Shown here one piece after another: positions 1 to 20,544 of a stretch of DNA of 64,000 nucleotides. Under the pieces are notes generated by a model. That model did no database searches, had not been told where the DNA came from, and worked only from the letters and a program-made list of their open reading frames with translations. Position numbers and translations under genes: made by a program. Every line of letters starts with the position of its first letter. The stretch's first letter is position 1. Source of the stretch: the human T2T-CHM13v2.0 reference genome, Homo sapiens; the NCBI RefSeq assembly GCF_009914755.1, contig NC_060939.1; one strand, written 5' to 3'.

Positions 1-179
1 CTCCATCGATTGCCATCTTATCTCTGCCTTTATTGGTCCACCTTCTAATAGCTCCACTTCACTTCCTATTTGCTGTTTTTTCTCTGCTATGGATTAAAAG
101 CATCTGATAAGAACCAAGCCTATGAGCGAGGGCCTGAGTATTTTACCTACAAATCGATTGAGTTTTAGGAGCTGGCCTT

Positions 180-250
180 TGTCATTTCATTCCTGACAAG
201 TTCTCATGTGATGCTGATGCTGATCAAGGAGCCACACTGTGAGAACTTAT
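180..250. mobile_element. MER5A-like hAT-Charlie MITE fragment
   Basis: Motif 'gacaagttctcatgtgatgctgatgctg...cacactgtgagaac' resembles the MER5A terminus. Confidence 0.55.
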
Positions 251-519
251 TAGAGCTTCCCTAATAAGTCATCTCTACAAATGCAAATATTTCTTCCCTT
301 AGTGCAGGAAGCCAGTTTGAAGGCTTCTAAATATACCTTCGCTTTGAGAGGATGTTTGACCTAAAGGAAAGGATGCTTCCTTTCTCCTGAACAAACCCCT
401 TTAGGGCCCTATTTTCATCTTTGGAAATTTTCTAAGTATTCAGTACAGTATCATATTCCCTGCCCCCAGATTTATGTCACCTACTTATTGGATGGATAAA
501 TAAATAAGGGTTGTATAAA

Positions 520-750
520 TGCACATAAATGATTGAGCACTCCCCATAAGCTGGATACTAAGTAGATGCTTTCATCTGTCATCTCCTCTAATCCTCACAC
601 ACACCTTATGAGCTGGGAATGAATAGCTCATAGTCCAAGCTCAGGAGGGGAGAGTCAATGACCCACTCATTCAAGGTCATAGTAAGTGGCATAGCTGAGA
701 TTCCAGCTCAGATCTTCAGACCCCGAGGCCAACGTGCTTTCCATTAGACC
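520..750 (-). mobile_element. MIR SINE
   Basis: 'ttgagcact...aatcctcacac...caaggtcatagtaagtggcatagctgagattc' is typical antisense MIR. Confidence 0.7.
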
Positions 751-1035
751 ACAGTTACCGCCTTATTAAGAGCAAACCAAATGTTGGGGTGCAAGGAAAG
801 ATAGCAATTCAGTTTTTAAAAAGACAAATCCACAGCAAGCATAATGGCACCTCCACCCTACACCCAAACCCATGGTAGACGATGTTCTTTCCTGCTGCAT
901 ATGAACAATCTCAGATCTTTTTCTCTAGAAGCCGGAAAGAATTAGAAGAAGCACAGAATATAAACCCACATGACTTAGCTTCACTTATCTGGAAATTTCA
1001 CTTGGTGGTGTCTCACTGAGAAACAGTTCACTAAG

Positions 1036-1369
<334 letters not shown>

Positions 1370-1542
1370 TTAAAACATTTTATTTTCTTTTTCCAAATAG
1401 TTGTTTCTAACTATAAAAGTAAAACATGTTTATTACAGAAACGTTTGGAAATTACCACAAGTATGAAGAAAAAACTTTCTTTCCCTATGGGGAAGGTAGA
1501 CATTCTGTAGAACTGACAGATTCTACCTTATCTATCCTACAC

Positions 1543-1761
1543 CAGTAATTCTCAACCAGGGGGCAATTTTGCCCCTCAAGTTGACATCTGGCAATGTCTG
1601 GAGGTATTTTGGGTTGTCATAGCTTGGGAGTGCTGCTGGCATCTTGTGGGTAGAGTCCAGGGATGCTGCCAAACAGCCTGCAGTGCACAGGACACTCGGC
1701 CTCCTGGTCAGCAAACTGTTAGGCAGCCCAAGATGTCAGCGGCACCACGGTTGAGAAACTG
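1543..1761. mobile_element. MER20 hAT-Charlie MITE
   Basis: TIRs cagtaattctcaacc / ggttgagaaactg; internal 'ggggcaattttgcccc...ggcaatgtctggag...cagggatgctgccaaaca' matches MER20; ~220 bp. Confidence 0.9.
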
Positions 1762-2204
1762 TTTTAGATTACAGCACACGTAAAGGAAGGATTTCTGGTT
1801 CCTTGCAGATGTTTGCTGCCTCTCTATCACATTAGTAAAATTAAGTTGAGGGAACTGAAACTGCTGGCTTTGGGTCTGTTTCTGGGTGCGCACACACGAG
1901 CTGCAGAAGTCTCACTGGTTTCAGTTATCTCTGGCTGCAGAACTTTTTTGTTTTCTTCCAGCCCAGACGACCTGAAGAAGCATAGATGCTACCCATAGAT
2001 GAATGTGGCCTTTGGCTCTGCTCACACAGTTTCTCTTTAATCAAAGAAAGACCACAGTAAAGGATATTTACAAGGAAAGGGAAAGTGAAAGGGCGCGGAG
2101 AGAAGAGCAGAATCACCAAGGAAAACTCCTCCTACCATGGTCTCTGCAGCCAGCCTCCTTCTCACTGATGTCGGTGTTCTCACGATCCTTTCGCTCCTAT
2201 TATT

Positions 2205-2378
2205 TAGTGACCTCGCCACTCTAAGTGTGGTGTCCAGTGCAGCAGAATTAGCACCACCTGGCATCTCCTTAGAAGTGCACAATCTCAGCCCTCCCCAGAC
2301 CCTCGACTCAAAACTCTGCATTTTAACAAGATGCCCACGTGATTCATCGTATGCACGTTAACACTTGAGAAGCACTGC
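2205..2378. mobile_element. MER5 family MITE
   Basis: 'cagcagaattagcaccacctgg...cattttaacaagatgcccacgtgattc...gcacgttaacacttgagaagcactg'. Confidence 0.8.
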
Positions 2379-4347
2379 TCTGAGGTTTCCAAAAGGCAAA
2401 ATAAAACTGCAGAGTGAACAGCTGCAAAACAGATGCAAAGTTAATCACGTGGGATCACATACGACTCCTCCAGGGGATTTATGACTCTCTGTGGATGGTA
2501 GCTGGTAATATAGAAAACAGAAATTTGAAGGAATATGTGGAAAAAAGTAAATGCTGTGCTGCAGCCCTTTGAGTGCCCTAAAGGGATTCACCTTGAGTTA
2601 GAGGAAATGCCGTGCCTAACCCCTGAAATAGTTTCATGTACCCTATGAGAGCTCAAGTGTTTGGTGCTTTTGTTTGGGGGGTTTGTTTGTTTTCATTAGG
2701 GAACAGAGAATTTATACTGGTGTTCCATGAAAGAAGAGAGATCTATTTGATTAGTATTTCCAACATAGCATTCCACAATACCAAAATTTGTAAGAGGAGT
2801 TGATATACGTTTTTAAATAACCTAGAAAATAAGTTAAGGCGAATGGGTCCGGTTCAACTTCAGGTCTGCTTTCAACCTACTCAAATTGGATTGATGTTGT
2901 TCATTCAACAAATATCAAGTCTCAGGATCTGTGCAAAGAAGAACTTCAAGGAAAGCAGCCACTAACAGCTGCAAACCCCTGCCATCGCTGCAGACAGCCC
3001 ATGACAATCGAGGTGGGGAACAGATCTGCTGGGGAGGAGGGTAGGGCCGAGGGCGCAGCTACAGGAAGGAGCAAGGGGGAGTTCTGCACGCCCTTGTGGG
3101 TTAGGAAGCTGAGCTCACTGCAGAAATCAGCCTGGTCCTGAACCCTGGACCTGAGCTGCGTGGGGTACAGGTTCAGTCTGACTCATGCACTGGCCTGCAG
3201 AACAGACCACAACTCTGCCTGGTGAAGGTTTTCAAAGAACCATGTCAGCAAGTCCTGCTGCCTCCTCAGGCTCCGGAGCTGTGGCCCAGTTTAAGGTGAA
3301 CAAGTCCCACAAGTCCCACAGGTCTGACTCCCATGACCATGTCCGGAAGCAGCCGCTAGAGGCTGCACTTGGTCCCTTCAAGGAAGAAACGAAAGGGCCT
3401 GAGCAAATTTGCAGCTGGCTTTGTTCTGCCTGGAACACTCTGTTCTTTCCTCACATCCTCCCGCCCCGCTGAGGGCTCTCTACACAGGCCTGCAGGAGAT
3501 CACATGCCAGCCTGGAAGTTAGAGCACCCCGGGGCCTCTAAGTTACCAAGGGAGAGCTGGATGTGCCAAGTGGCCTCCTAAGGGACACTGCCTGGGGGCA
3601 GAAGGTTTTGGTTCTCTGATGAGAGGCAACTGTCCTCTGACTTCACTAGGATTCTGAAGCCCAGAGAACCGATTCAGAGAGAGGGCAATCGAGCGAGATG
3701 GAGACAGAATGGACCCAAATACTGTCCAAATGTTCAGTGTTCAGTGAACCGGCTTCTGTCACAGTGAGGTACCTGAGGCGGGGACTGCTCCCCGGGAGGG
3801 TGAGTGGGAGTTGACTCTGCAGGGGGAGCTGAGTGGGGAGAAATCAATCAAGCAGAAAAGTGAAGCAGAAGTTTCTAGAGGCTTGCCCCACCTACCAGAG
3901 GAGTGTTCAGAGGTGCTTGAACTCTTAAGGTCACTGGACATTTTTAACTGGGGTGAGGACTCGGACAGATTCACAACAAGGCAAGCAGCAGAAAGTGGCT
4001 CCTGAAGTGCTTCTTGAGAAATGTGAGCCAACACATGACAATCACACACAACACCTGAGAGATGCTGGCATTGCTATAGGGAAGGGGTATGACCCACCCT
4101 TTGGGAGCACCCATTCCCCCTACCCCGCCCCGCTCTGTGTTTAGTGCTTTCTACGTTCCATTGTTAGTGATGTTCAGTGACCTCACAGCCCGGTGGGGCA
4201 AATATAAATATCCCCATTTCTCTAATGTGGAAAGTAGGACTGGAAGAGGTTAAGTAACTTGCCAGGGTCAGCTGGTAACAATGACAGAGCTATGATGCTT
4301 GTTTGTTTGATTTGGCTTGTAATCAGGTAATATAGTCATATGATTCA

Positions 4348-5097
<750 letters not shown>

Positions 5098-5957
5098 ACT
5101 TTTAGCATTTCTTTATGCATATTCCAGTTAATAGAGTACAAAGTCTTATTTTTCTCCATTTTTACACAAAACATGGCATACCGTGCATACCGTTCCATGC
5201 CTTGCTTTTTTTTCTTTCAGCACATAAAGAGCTTGAGATCAACAAAATATCTTGAGATCTTTTCATTACCAGCACATAAAGAGCTTCCTCATTCTTTTCA
5301 TTTTGCAGCTGCACAATATTCCATTGCATGGACATACCGTAATTTAATGGAGCAGTCTTCTGTTGGTGGACATAGGGTTGTTTCCCGTCTTTTGCTACTA
5401 TAAACAATGTTGCAGTGAATAACCTTGTACCAGCATCATCATGCACATGCCAGAGCCAGGAGCCCACATCTATCTGGATCTAAATCGTCTAGGTTCTCTC
5501 TACCCCAAAGCTGACACAGGACTGATCATATGCCAGCTTTGGTAGATAAATGCTCATATCTCTCTTCCCACTCCCACCCTCTATCTTCCTATTTTCTTTT
5601 CCTGTCTGTTCATATTTGAAACAACTACAAAGACTCCAGACGGAGAGTTCTTGCCATTTTATCTCTTTCTGTGGTTGCTTTGCTTCATTCTTTAAATACC
5701 GAGTCTGACTGTAACTGGGCTGTACCAGAGACAAAATCTACAGATGTTCTTCTGCATAAACATGGAATTTCAGCTACCAATGGGATCACAGTGTCTCATC
5801 CATGTGCCAGGGAAGTGCAAATCCTGCATACTGTAGCCCACAATAGGCTTGGATCCCAGCTTAGAACTGGAAAAAGACCTGCTAGAGGCAGCCTGCTGCT
5901 ACTGAAGCCAGCATTTGTCTCCGTTTCTGGCTGTTGACCTAAAGGGACATTAAATGA

Positions 5958-6394
<437 letters not shown>

Positions 6395-6862
6395 TTATCT
6401 ATATTTATACCTAGATTTTCAGACTCACCTTTTTGGCTTTTTATCCCTCAAAATAAGATTTGGCAATTAGAGAACTCTAAAATAAATAAATAAATAAATA
6501 AATAAAACTGGACGTAGGTTGTTTTTAGTCATGTGATTCTGACTATCGCCTGCATGGTGGACTGAGAGATGGGTTCACTCTGTTTTGGAGACATTTCCAC
6601 TGGACTGCTCTTTCTTGAGCACTTACTGCATACCAGTTGCTCTGTTGATGAAGGATATAAGGCCCAGGTGCTCCTCTCCAAAAGCAGATTCAGACACTTA
6701 CCAAATATTTTCAAGGCAGAAAGAGACATCACTTCAAAGTAATATGGGCTATGATATAGGTAGAGAAGCATGCCCGGGATCTCCTTGAGAGGGGGTACTT
6801 AGCCTAGACTGGGGAGAGAGAGGAGGAGAAGCAAGCAGTTCAGGGAGGCTTAAGATGCTTGA

Positions 6863-7424
<562 letters not shown>

Positions 7425-8110
7425 GATTCTTGAGTAAGCCCTGAGGAGCCAGCAGGAGGTGCTCAGGCAGGAAAGGTAAACAGCATGGCCAAGAGCAAGG
7501 GCCAGAGCAAGGAAATAGTCGCCAAAATGTAACTTATTTTTCTAAACACCGGAAAAATGAAATAGCAAACTAGTAGCCCACATGAAGCAAATTTCAAGGG
7601 GGAAAATGGAGATAAAAATTCCTTAAATATCAGCCGTTCCTCTGATCTTTTAGACAGGTCGTCAGTAAGAAGCTCACCCTGATCCTCTCCACCAACCTCG
7701 GGAATGCTTTAGCAGAGAGGGTTCCAGACGAGCTTCCCACAACGGACTCAGCCCTTCTGTTTCTTATCTCTGACCTTTGACTGTTTTCTGCTAATTACAA
7801 GGAAGGCCTGAGCTTGCATTTTTACAACTGCCGCCAGCACTCAGAACTCATACAATCCCTCTGTATTTCCTTCCAGCTGTTGACTATCAAAAGACAAGTC
7901 AATAGCCTCCTGGAATCCTGTAGGATGGTCCGTTTTCCCTAGGAATGGGGATACCATGGAAAGACTGCAAAGCCCAAATCACTGTGTAAATGTAACCTGC
8001 CAGTGTTGCCATCAGAATAATGATCACTGTCATATCTCCAGGTATTCATTCGTCTGCCAGATGTGGTTGAAAATTAATACATCAGAGATTCTCTTTAAAA
8101 TGTGGTCTTT

Positions 8111-8423
<313 letters not shown>

Positions 8424-10218
8424 TTACAGATCATCTTTCAATAATAATAACACCAGTAGCGATACTTAACATTTATTTAAAGCTTACTATGTCCCAGATA
8501 TTGTCCTAAGCTCCTTAAATGTTTTTTCTATTTTAATCCCAAGACTTCCTTCTTAAAGCCTGACATGTTGCCTAGTCAAGATTCAAGTGTCCTTGGGTTC
8601 AAATCCCAGCTCTGACCACCTACTATTTTGGTAATGTCTCTGAACCTCAGTTTCGTTCTCTATGAAGTGGCCATAGTAATACCTTCCCCCTAGAAGTAAA
8701 GGAAATCATCTAGATTAAAGCACCTGATACAAACAGGCTCACAGTGAATATTAGTTACTTTCCCCTATACAGCCATTTTTATTAAAAATGCTTCTATTTT
8801 CAAATAATTTAAGATGAAAGATGTAATTAAATGTTTTAACAAAGATAGAAATCAATTGTATCACATCATTCCTCCAAATAATAGAAGGAAAATCTATTGA
8901 GTGTGTTCATCTTCTGGGGTCTATATTTCTTAAATAAGTCTATGAATATAAGGAAAGAAATATATGAGCACACGCCTTAGGGCCAGTTAAGGAAATATTT
9001 CCTAATCTGGACTCTATCCGCTCAGGGCTCCCTGCCCCCACACCCCATGAAATCATCAGAAAAGGAAAGAGATGCCTGGGCCCTGAGATCCTACCCAATT
9101 ATAGCTCTAGGTGTTAGGGTCATGTGGAAGTGGCAGGTTTTTGAAATGCTGACATGCTGACACTTAAGCTCATGGCTGGATCCTGTTATAGCTCAGAGAA
9201 AGTATATAAAGAAGTTGGCACTAGGTGAGATTTCAAAAAATGAAACGATGCCCAGCATGACGTAAGTGGTGAGGCTTGAGGACAGAAAGGCTGGGGTTTG
9301 AATCCCAGCTTCACACTTTCTCACGTGTGACCTTGAGCAGGGATGAATAATGTATTGTCACTGTATACTCCATCTCTTTGCTCACCTGCAAAATGGAGGT
9401 AAGAGCATCCTCTTCACAGCATTATTGTGCTCAACAAATGTGCATTCTCTTCTCCTTTTGGTCAAGGCTTGGTCCATTTGAATCTATCGAGACTCCCAGC
9501 TCAGCTCGGCTGCAACCCTGAACCCCTAGTCAGTTGCTGGAAATGTACCTCCAGGCACTGTTTTGTGGGCTTTTAAAAAGGGATCTGCATTGGGATGATT
9601 TCCAGGCTCTGCAGCATGTGTCTGTCCACGTGGAGGATGTTTCCCTTCTCAGCTCCTGCTCCGGGGATGTTACCTCGGCTGGCATCTAGCTCATGAACCA
9701 CGGCAGGGCAGTCACACCACTGTGCTCTCTGCTTCCAACATCCTTTTTGTTTCTAAAGGTAATAATGGGCTTTAATCTTTCTGGAAAATGCTGCCGTCTC
9801 CAACTGAGACTACCCCAGTCCCTTTAGTGCTCATGCTTAGGACTCTCAGTCTCTATTTCCTACCCCACAGCCTTTGCTTTCTCTTGCATTTCCTGAGGCG
9901 TTTCCCTCTCCTTTCAATGACTGTCTGGATTTCTCATTCTCTTTGTGTTGTTTTTCCTTTGCTGCCTCTTGGGGGCCAAGGTTAAAACCCCGCTCCCTCC
10001 TTTTTCCATTGCTCATTCTGCTATTTTCATTCCCTTATCCTTTCTCTCAAAGCAACACAAGAAAGAAGTACCTTGAAAACACCTCACAACCACTCAGCTG
10101 GTGGCATTAAGGTTAAGAACTACTGAGCAACTGGATCTGCAGCTACCTTTGTGTTTTACACCAACTGGTATGCAAACATCAAACAGAATAATGGAATTAT
10201 TAGTATTAAAGATTTCAA

Positions 10219-11653
<1,435 letters not shown>

Positions 11654-11984
11654 GGTATTAATGCATCCAGGACTAGCCTTACCAATAAATGTGTGGTGCG
11701 TGGATAGGCCAGCTGGTTTAAAGGAACAAGATCAAGGTGGACATCGCTTGATTTCATATGCGTTGCCTTGAACCACCCTTCAGATTAAATACCTACTGTG
11801 ACCATGGCTCACACCTAGAATCTTTGTACTCTAACTAGACATATTGCCTGTAGTCCTTCCCCGTATTTCCTGGACCCTAAACCCCACTATTTTCCCACAC
11901 CCTATCCCATGGATGGTGTTCTCACTCAACTTGCCTCCCAAGTGGGACCCTGACACCAATCACAAAACACACTCACACTCCACC

Positions 11985-11999
11985 ACACACACACACACA

Positions 12000-12041
<42 letters not shown>
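11985..12041. repeat. (CA)n microsatellite
   Basis: Direct reading. Confidence 0.97.
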
Positions 12042-12044
<3 letters not shown>

Positions 12045-12762
12045 CCCTCTTTCCCCTCTGAATCCCTTGTACTGCATCGACAGCTATTTCATTCACTTTG
12101 TACCTAAATACTGCCTTATGACAATCTTCTGTTGTTAAATGAAAATTATTTATGAGCTGTTGTGCTCCTTACCTCATCACAAAGCTGTGTCATGATAACC
12201 TTCCCGTCCTCCACAACATCAACATAGCATTCCTTGCACATGGCAAGTAATTGATGGATATTTGTGGCTAGTCACCTCTTCATCTGATGAATGACTCTCT
12301 GGCTCCTCTGAGTTTGGCCTGTCATCTTCAGAGAGGGTCTGGCAGTCTCTAAAGAGGTAGCTGACACTTGGAAAAAGAAAGAGATGCAACTAACTAAGGC
12401 TTTAGGACTCCTGTCATCTGGGGGAGGTGAGGGCCTGGTGGCAGAGCCTCCACAAGAGTAACTCCCTGTTTATCCACTGTGTACCAGGAGGCTACAGAAA
12501 CAGGAGAAGAAAACAGGAAAGGACATCATCACATACTGTAACTCCAAAATATTTATTTACTCAGACAGGCCTCCTCTCTTATCCTAGAGACCAGAAGGGA
12601 AGTTCCTCCTCCCTTTGGAAAACAAGACTCCAGAGTGGGAAGAAACCCATGGCCTTGGCACAAAGCTCTGCAAGACGTAAATGTACTCTGTGTAGAAGGC
12701 CTTACACACTGAAGGCTGCCCATAAAGGGTGAATGAATGAATGAATGAGAGACAGAGAATTT

Positions 12763-12784
12763 GTGTGTGTATGTGTGTGTGCCT

Positions 12785-12822
<38 letters not shown>

Positions 12823-12835
12823 CAGAGAGATAGAG
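12763..12835. repeat. (TG)n / (GA)n compound microsatellite
   Basis: Direct reading. Confidence 0.95.
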
Positions 12836-12919
12836 ATTGAGACTGGCAAGTATTCTCTAAATAGATCATAGGTCATAAACTTCCAGCTTGTAGACAAGTT
12901 GGATTTCCCTAGAGAACTA

Positions 12920-13310
12920 TAATAATAATGTTAGAAACTGCAAATATTTGTTCTTTTTATGTGCAAGGCAGTTATAAATGCTATACATGCACTAATTGAT
13001 TTCACTGGCACAGTTTTTTGATGTTGATTCTTTTATTACCTTCATTTTGTAAATGAGAAAATTTAAACACAGAGAGGTTAAGTGACTTCCCCAAGGCCAC
13101 ACAGCTAGTGAGTGGTGAACCTGGGAATATGGTGGGAGAGATGTGGAAATTAAAGTCAGAGAAATTTGGGTTGGAAGCTTGGCCCTATCATCTATTAACT
13201 GTGTGACCTTTTGCAAGTTATTTAAATTCCCTGAATCACATTTGCCTCATTGGAAAAATCAAGTTAATTGTATCTACATCATAGGGTTGTTGTGAAAGTT
13301 GGATGAGTCT
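12920..13310. mobile_element. Two MIRs in opposite orientation
   Basis: 'cagagaggttaagtgacttccccaaggccacacagctagt' (-), then 'tgtgtgaccttttgcaagttatttaaattccctgaatc' (+). Confidence 0.75.
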
Positions 13311-13314
13311 TGGG

Positions 13315-14180
<866 letters not shown>

Positions 14181-14678
14181 AGAATGATGAGAAAGCAGGA
14201 GAAGAGGCACAGAGATTGGGAGAGCCACTGAGGTAGACACATTTATATACCATGTTCCAGCCGCACTGAAATAATCTCAATCCTTCACATAAACACCCAT
14301 GCATACGTTCTCATCTTTGTACTGGTTGTTCCTTCCATTATCAACCATATGATCTCTGGAACCAGATGGCACAATTTCATATCCTGACTCTGGGTGACTT
14401 TGGGTAAGCCACTTAATCTCTCTCGTCATTTTCCTCATCTGAAAAATCGGGGACAATTACAATACCTCCTTGTGGTTTGCTGAGAGGATCAAATGAGTTA
14501 ATGTACACAGAAGGCTTAGTAGATTGTCTGGCACATAGGAGGTAATTATAGAGTGACGGTGGTTGTACTGATGATGATGGTGGTGATGATGACGACTTTC
14601 TCAAATGATCATGTACCCTTTATTTATTTGGCAATTTTTATTAATTGTTTACACTTCAGGTAAAATATGACTGCTTCA

Positions 14679-16390
<1,712 letters not shown>

Positions 16391-19300
16391 TAATACTACC
16401 TACTACATAGAGTTGTGGTGAGGCCAATACGTTGGTGCAAAGCATGCAAAAGGGCTTCATCAATGGCCAAGGGCTTTACAAATGTAGCAATGGCAATTAT
16501 ACTTGCTTGTGCTAGTAAGTGCCCAGTTATATTCTTGGTGGCCAGTTCTCATCACTCAATGGGTGGCTTTTCTCAGAAGAGACTTTCTATCCACTTTATG
16601 TTTACCACCAAATAAGGTACTTTGCCTGGGAACAAACAGTCCTGGAATTTTAGAGACATCTCTGTTTTGAGAGTTTGGCAAGTGACTAAGCTTGGTTCCA
16701 GAGAAAATAGCCCTGGAGGGACCTGCCTGGGGAGCAGGTAGGAGAGCTCATGCCTTTCCCATGACTCAACTTGCTCTGACACATTCATCCACAGTAACAT
16801 GTGGAGAGAGGGTGTGAGCTGCCTCTGCTGGGTGCCTGAGAACCGAGGAGAGTCTCTCTGGAATGACAGACACTTGAAAACCAGCTCTGAAATCCAATAG
16901 AATAACCTCGCCAAAGAGTAAGAGCAATTCCTCCCAACCAGGAGCCCTGTGTTGGACCGCTGGGGTGGGTGTGTTAGAGAGAGCAGAGGGCATTGCCTCC
17001 AAGTTATTAAAGACCAGACTCTGCATCCTGGATTTAGAAACATGTTTGCTTATCATTATTCATCTGGCTGAATCCCGCCCTACTCCTTTTAGAAAGCCAA
17101 AGAAATTGCATAACGGAATGAGGCGATTTCATTTTGGCATTGCCTTTGTCTAGTATGATCATGTTCTTCAGCTAGAAAGTAAGTTATACATTCGTAGAAT
17201 AATGAGATACTAGAACTTGGAAAGAATGTAGAGAACATCAGTTTGAACCCACGGAAGTTGAGACTCAGAGATGAAGTGATGTGCCCATGGGCAAGTGGTG
17301 AGTGGGACCAGAATCCAGGTGTCTTCACTCTCAGCCCAGATCTCCACCCTCTCCTCCTCCCAGACCAGTGAACCTGGAGAATCCAGATGTTTCTCTTTAT
17401 CAGCTGTGGTCCAGAGAGAGAGGGTGGATCTAGGTCAGAAGTACAATCTCCTAAGCAAACAACCTAGCACTGCTGCAGAGGAAATTTATTTTGAAACCTC
17501 CTACCATGACAAGCTGCATGACTACCATCATCTGTCTAAAGGAGGTTTAGGTTGCCATTACACATATTGGAGTTGCATCAAGGATCAAATATGTCCACCC
17601 AACCAGTTCTCCTCCTCATCAAGTCTTCCCCAAGCAGGCTGTCTCTTATGTATAATTTCTTCCAAACTATCCCAGAGAGTAAATGAGTGGGTAAGAAACC
17701 AAGATTTTGATGACAATAATCCATATCTCCATTAAACTCTCATTTAACATCTGTGGGCCAGGCACACTTCATTTGGTATCTCGTTTAATCCTCACGATAA
17801 GCCTCTGAGTTTGATAATAATAACAATTTACAATTGAGGAAACTGAGCTGGGGGTTAAATAACTTTCTCCAGATCACACATTTAGTCTGTGGTAAAGCCG
17901 TGCTGAGTCTTTCTGTCTTCAGCGGCATCAGATCCATCATACTGAAAATTAACAAACTTACTTATATATATAAAACTATATATATATTTATTTATATTTT
18001 CATTTATGCATAACTTACACACACACATGTCCATTTCTAAGCAATGCCCTGAAAAAGTTACTGTACTTTGCATACTCAAAAAAAAAAAAAGCATACACAC
18101 ACTCCACTGAGTCTTTCCATTAACCTTCCCACCAAAGAGTGCTTCAAATATTCCAATATGCTGAAAGAGTAAAGGTAGAAGATTCTCCACTCTACCATGC
18201 TAGAATCACCTCTGGGTTTAGATCCATTCCTAATGAATGGAGCTCCCCTCCATTCTGGGTCACATAAATCTGCCCTTTCTGCTCTAGAGAAAAATAGTGT
18301 CCAAACTTCAAGCTAGTTTAAGATAATAAGTACTATTTAGTAAGTGATTACTGTGTGCCAGACACTATGCTAAGCCTTTTAAATTAATTACCTCCCAATT
18401 AATTACAATTGCAGGAAAGAATTACCATTAGTATTATCATCCTCCTAGTTAGCTGGCTAAGTTTCACACAGCCAGTGAGAAACAGAGCCAGCTCATAGCC
18501 ATCACGCCACAATGACACCCAGCTGTAGAGAGGAGCATGGAGGAGGGTTTTATTCAGACACTAAGGTGGGCTTGGGAGCGTAGACCAGCATCCTCTGCCC
18601 TTAATTGTGGAGGTGGGAAGATCCAGTGATTTAAGCTCCAGTAAGAGGTGGCACCATTACTATACTGACATGTGGCACCTGATGGAGTTTCAGGTCTTGT
18701 TCAGTGCAACACTACACAGAGATGTGTAGTTTTACTTCTATGTAAGAATTGCCAGGAAGTTCAGATTTACATAAAAAAGTCATAAGAGGAATGGTCCCCA
18801 CCTTATAGTGGATGAAAGTTTCAGCTCTTCTTCCAACCAGTCAATTTGGGAGACTGGATTTGTTTGTGTTACCAGCACTAGTAACAGGTAATAACATAGA
18901 CTTGTGATTGACCTCATTTGATTGCTCAAGAGCCTCTTGACTTGTTATCTCATGACCTCTACACAATGCCTTCCTGGTGTGCAGATAAGTCAATGAGGTC
19001 ACCATCCCACAGGCAGGAGGTTTTTCATTCCACCTCTAGGCTTCTGCTGGGGGTTCTCCTCCCTGCTAATCTCTGTCCTTAGAAACCCTCCTGACTTTTC
19101 ACATCCAAACCTGGTCACTCCTTCATGGTCTACCTTGGCATTTGGTCAGCAGGCTATTCATAAGCATTTTAAATAACCTCTTTTGCATGTTTTATTTCCC
19201 CCAATTAGGTCAAACCTTCTCAAGGACAAGGATTATGTCTGATTTGGTTTCCCATCCATAACACATAGTATTCTCTTCGGGCATGACGGGTTGTCAGTAC

Positions 19301-20544
19301 GGCTTTGTTGACTGACTTTTATTTCCCAGCCTCCAACATAAGGGGAAAAAATTGCACAAGCAAAAAGGGAGGAGAACAAGCAAAAGTCTGGATGTTTGAG
19401 CCTTCAGGAAAATAATTTTCTCTGGGTATTTTTGTGTGTAAGTGTCTTGATTGTCAATCACTTTCACCCAAGGATTAAATTACTTTTGCAAACAAAGAGA
19501 ACTAGGACTCATCGAAGGCCTACTGTGTGCCAGGTTACATTATTTCAACTAACCCTCACAGCCTCTGTAAACAGCAGTAATTGTTTTCTCATTGTGGGTA
19601 TTGGGACTCTGGAATATTAACTAATTTTCCCAAGGCCTTCTATCTAACAAGGGATGGGGCCTGTATTTAAAATTCAGTTTTATTCCGAAGTCTATGATTT
19701 TCCACTCAACTACACATCCCCCAGCTCTGCCCCAGGGTTCATTTACCCATCCCTTTCATTCCTTTCCTTTTTATTTGACAGGTTTATCTGCAAGTTGCAT
19801 AACATGGACTCCAGGGAAGCCTGGTAATGGCCTCATGGAAAAAGGGAGCAGGGAAGTGGAAAAAAATGAAACAAATTTTCTGAGCTCCCGCTGTATGCCA
19901 GGCTGTTACTAGATTCTTTATACTTGGTCATTTATTTACTCATTTTAATGACCTCATTATGCAAATATGAAACCTGAGACTCAAGAAGTCAGTCACATGA
20001 CTTGTTCAGGGTCCCCCAGCAGGTAAGTGATAGTCAAAATCTAGCCCCAGGGCTGTCTAACATCAAAGCGTGAAAACGCAGTTTCCTAGAAAAACACCAA
20101 GATTCTACTCAAGTAGTGGACTAGGTTTTCAGAATTTAGGACCATGTCTCTAGAATGTTGTCAGTCCCCATAGGTAACAGGTCAGCCTAAGTGGAACAAG
20201 ACTCTAAAAGCCTTGAGCTTCTGACACTGGGGATGTCAGGCACTTGTGATGTGGCTCACTAAAGCCCACGGAGGAAGCACAAGAGGTCACAGTATAAAAC
20301 CAAACATCCAGCCACCCTTGAAGCTCTGAGAGCTTGTGAATGCGCTGCTCACATGTCCTGTGTAGCGACAGGGGACCTCAATCCAGGACTCCCACTGAAG
20401 GAGCTTACGCTGTCCGTAGATTGTCTCTTAGGGAGAAATCTGTAATCTGTTATTAACCACCCTTTGGGCATGGAGCAAACTGCATCAACAATTTATGCAA
20501 TATCATAAAAGAAATTATTTTTAGATCAGTGATATCATGGATAC

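Noticed and set aside
2950-4010. Moderately GC-rich block resembling an ancient ERVL/LTR or an enhancer (TGACTCA at ~3179)
   Set aside because: Could not assign a family or boundaries by eye with enough confidence; needs a Dfam search.
8590-8620. tRNA-like B-box ggttcaaatccc
   Set aside because: Part of a MIR's tRNA-derived head; no cloverleaf.
16573-17735. 156 aa (-) and 146 aa (+) ORFs in non-Alu DNA
   Set aside because: No recognisable domain, splice context or coding-like composition; the second begins inside a MIR.
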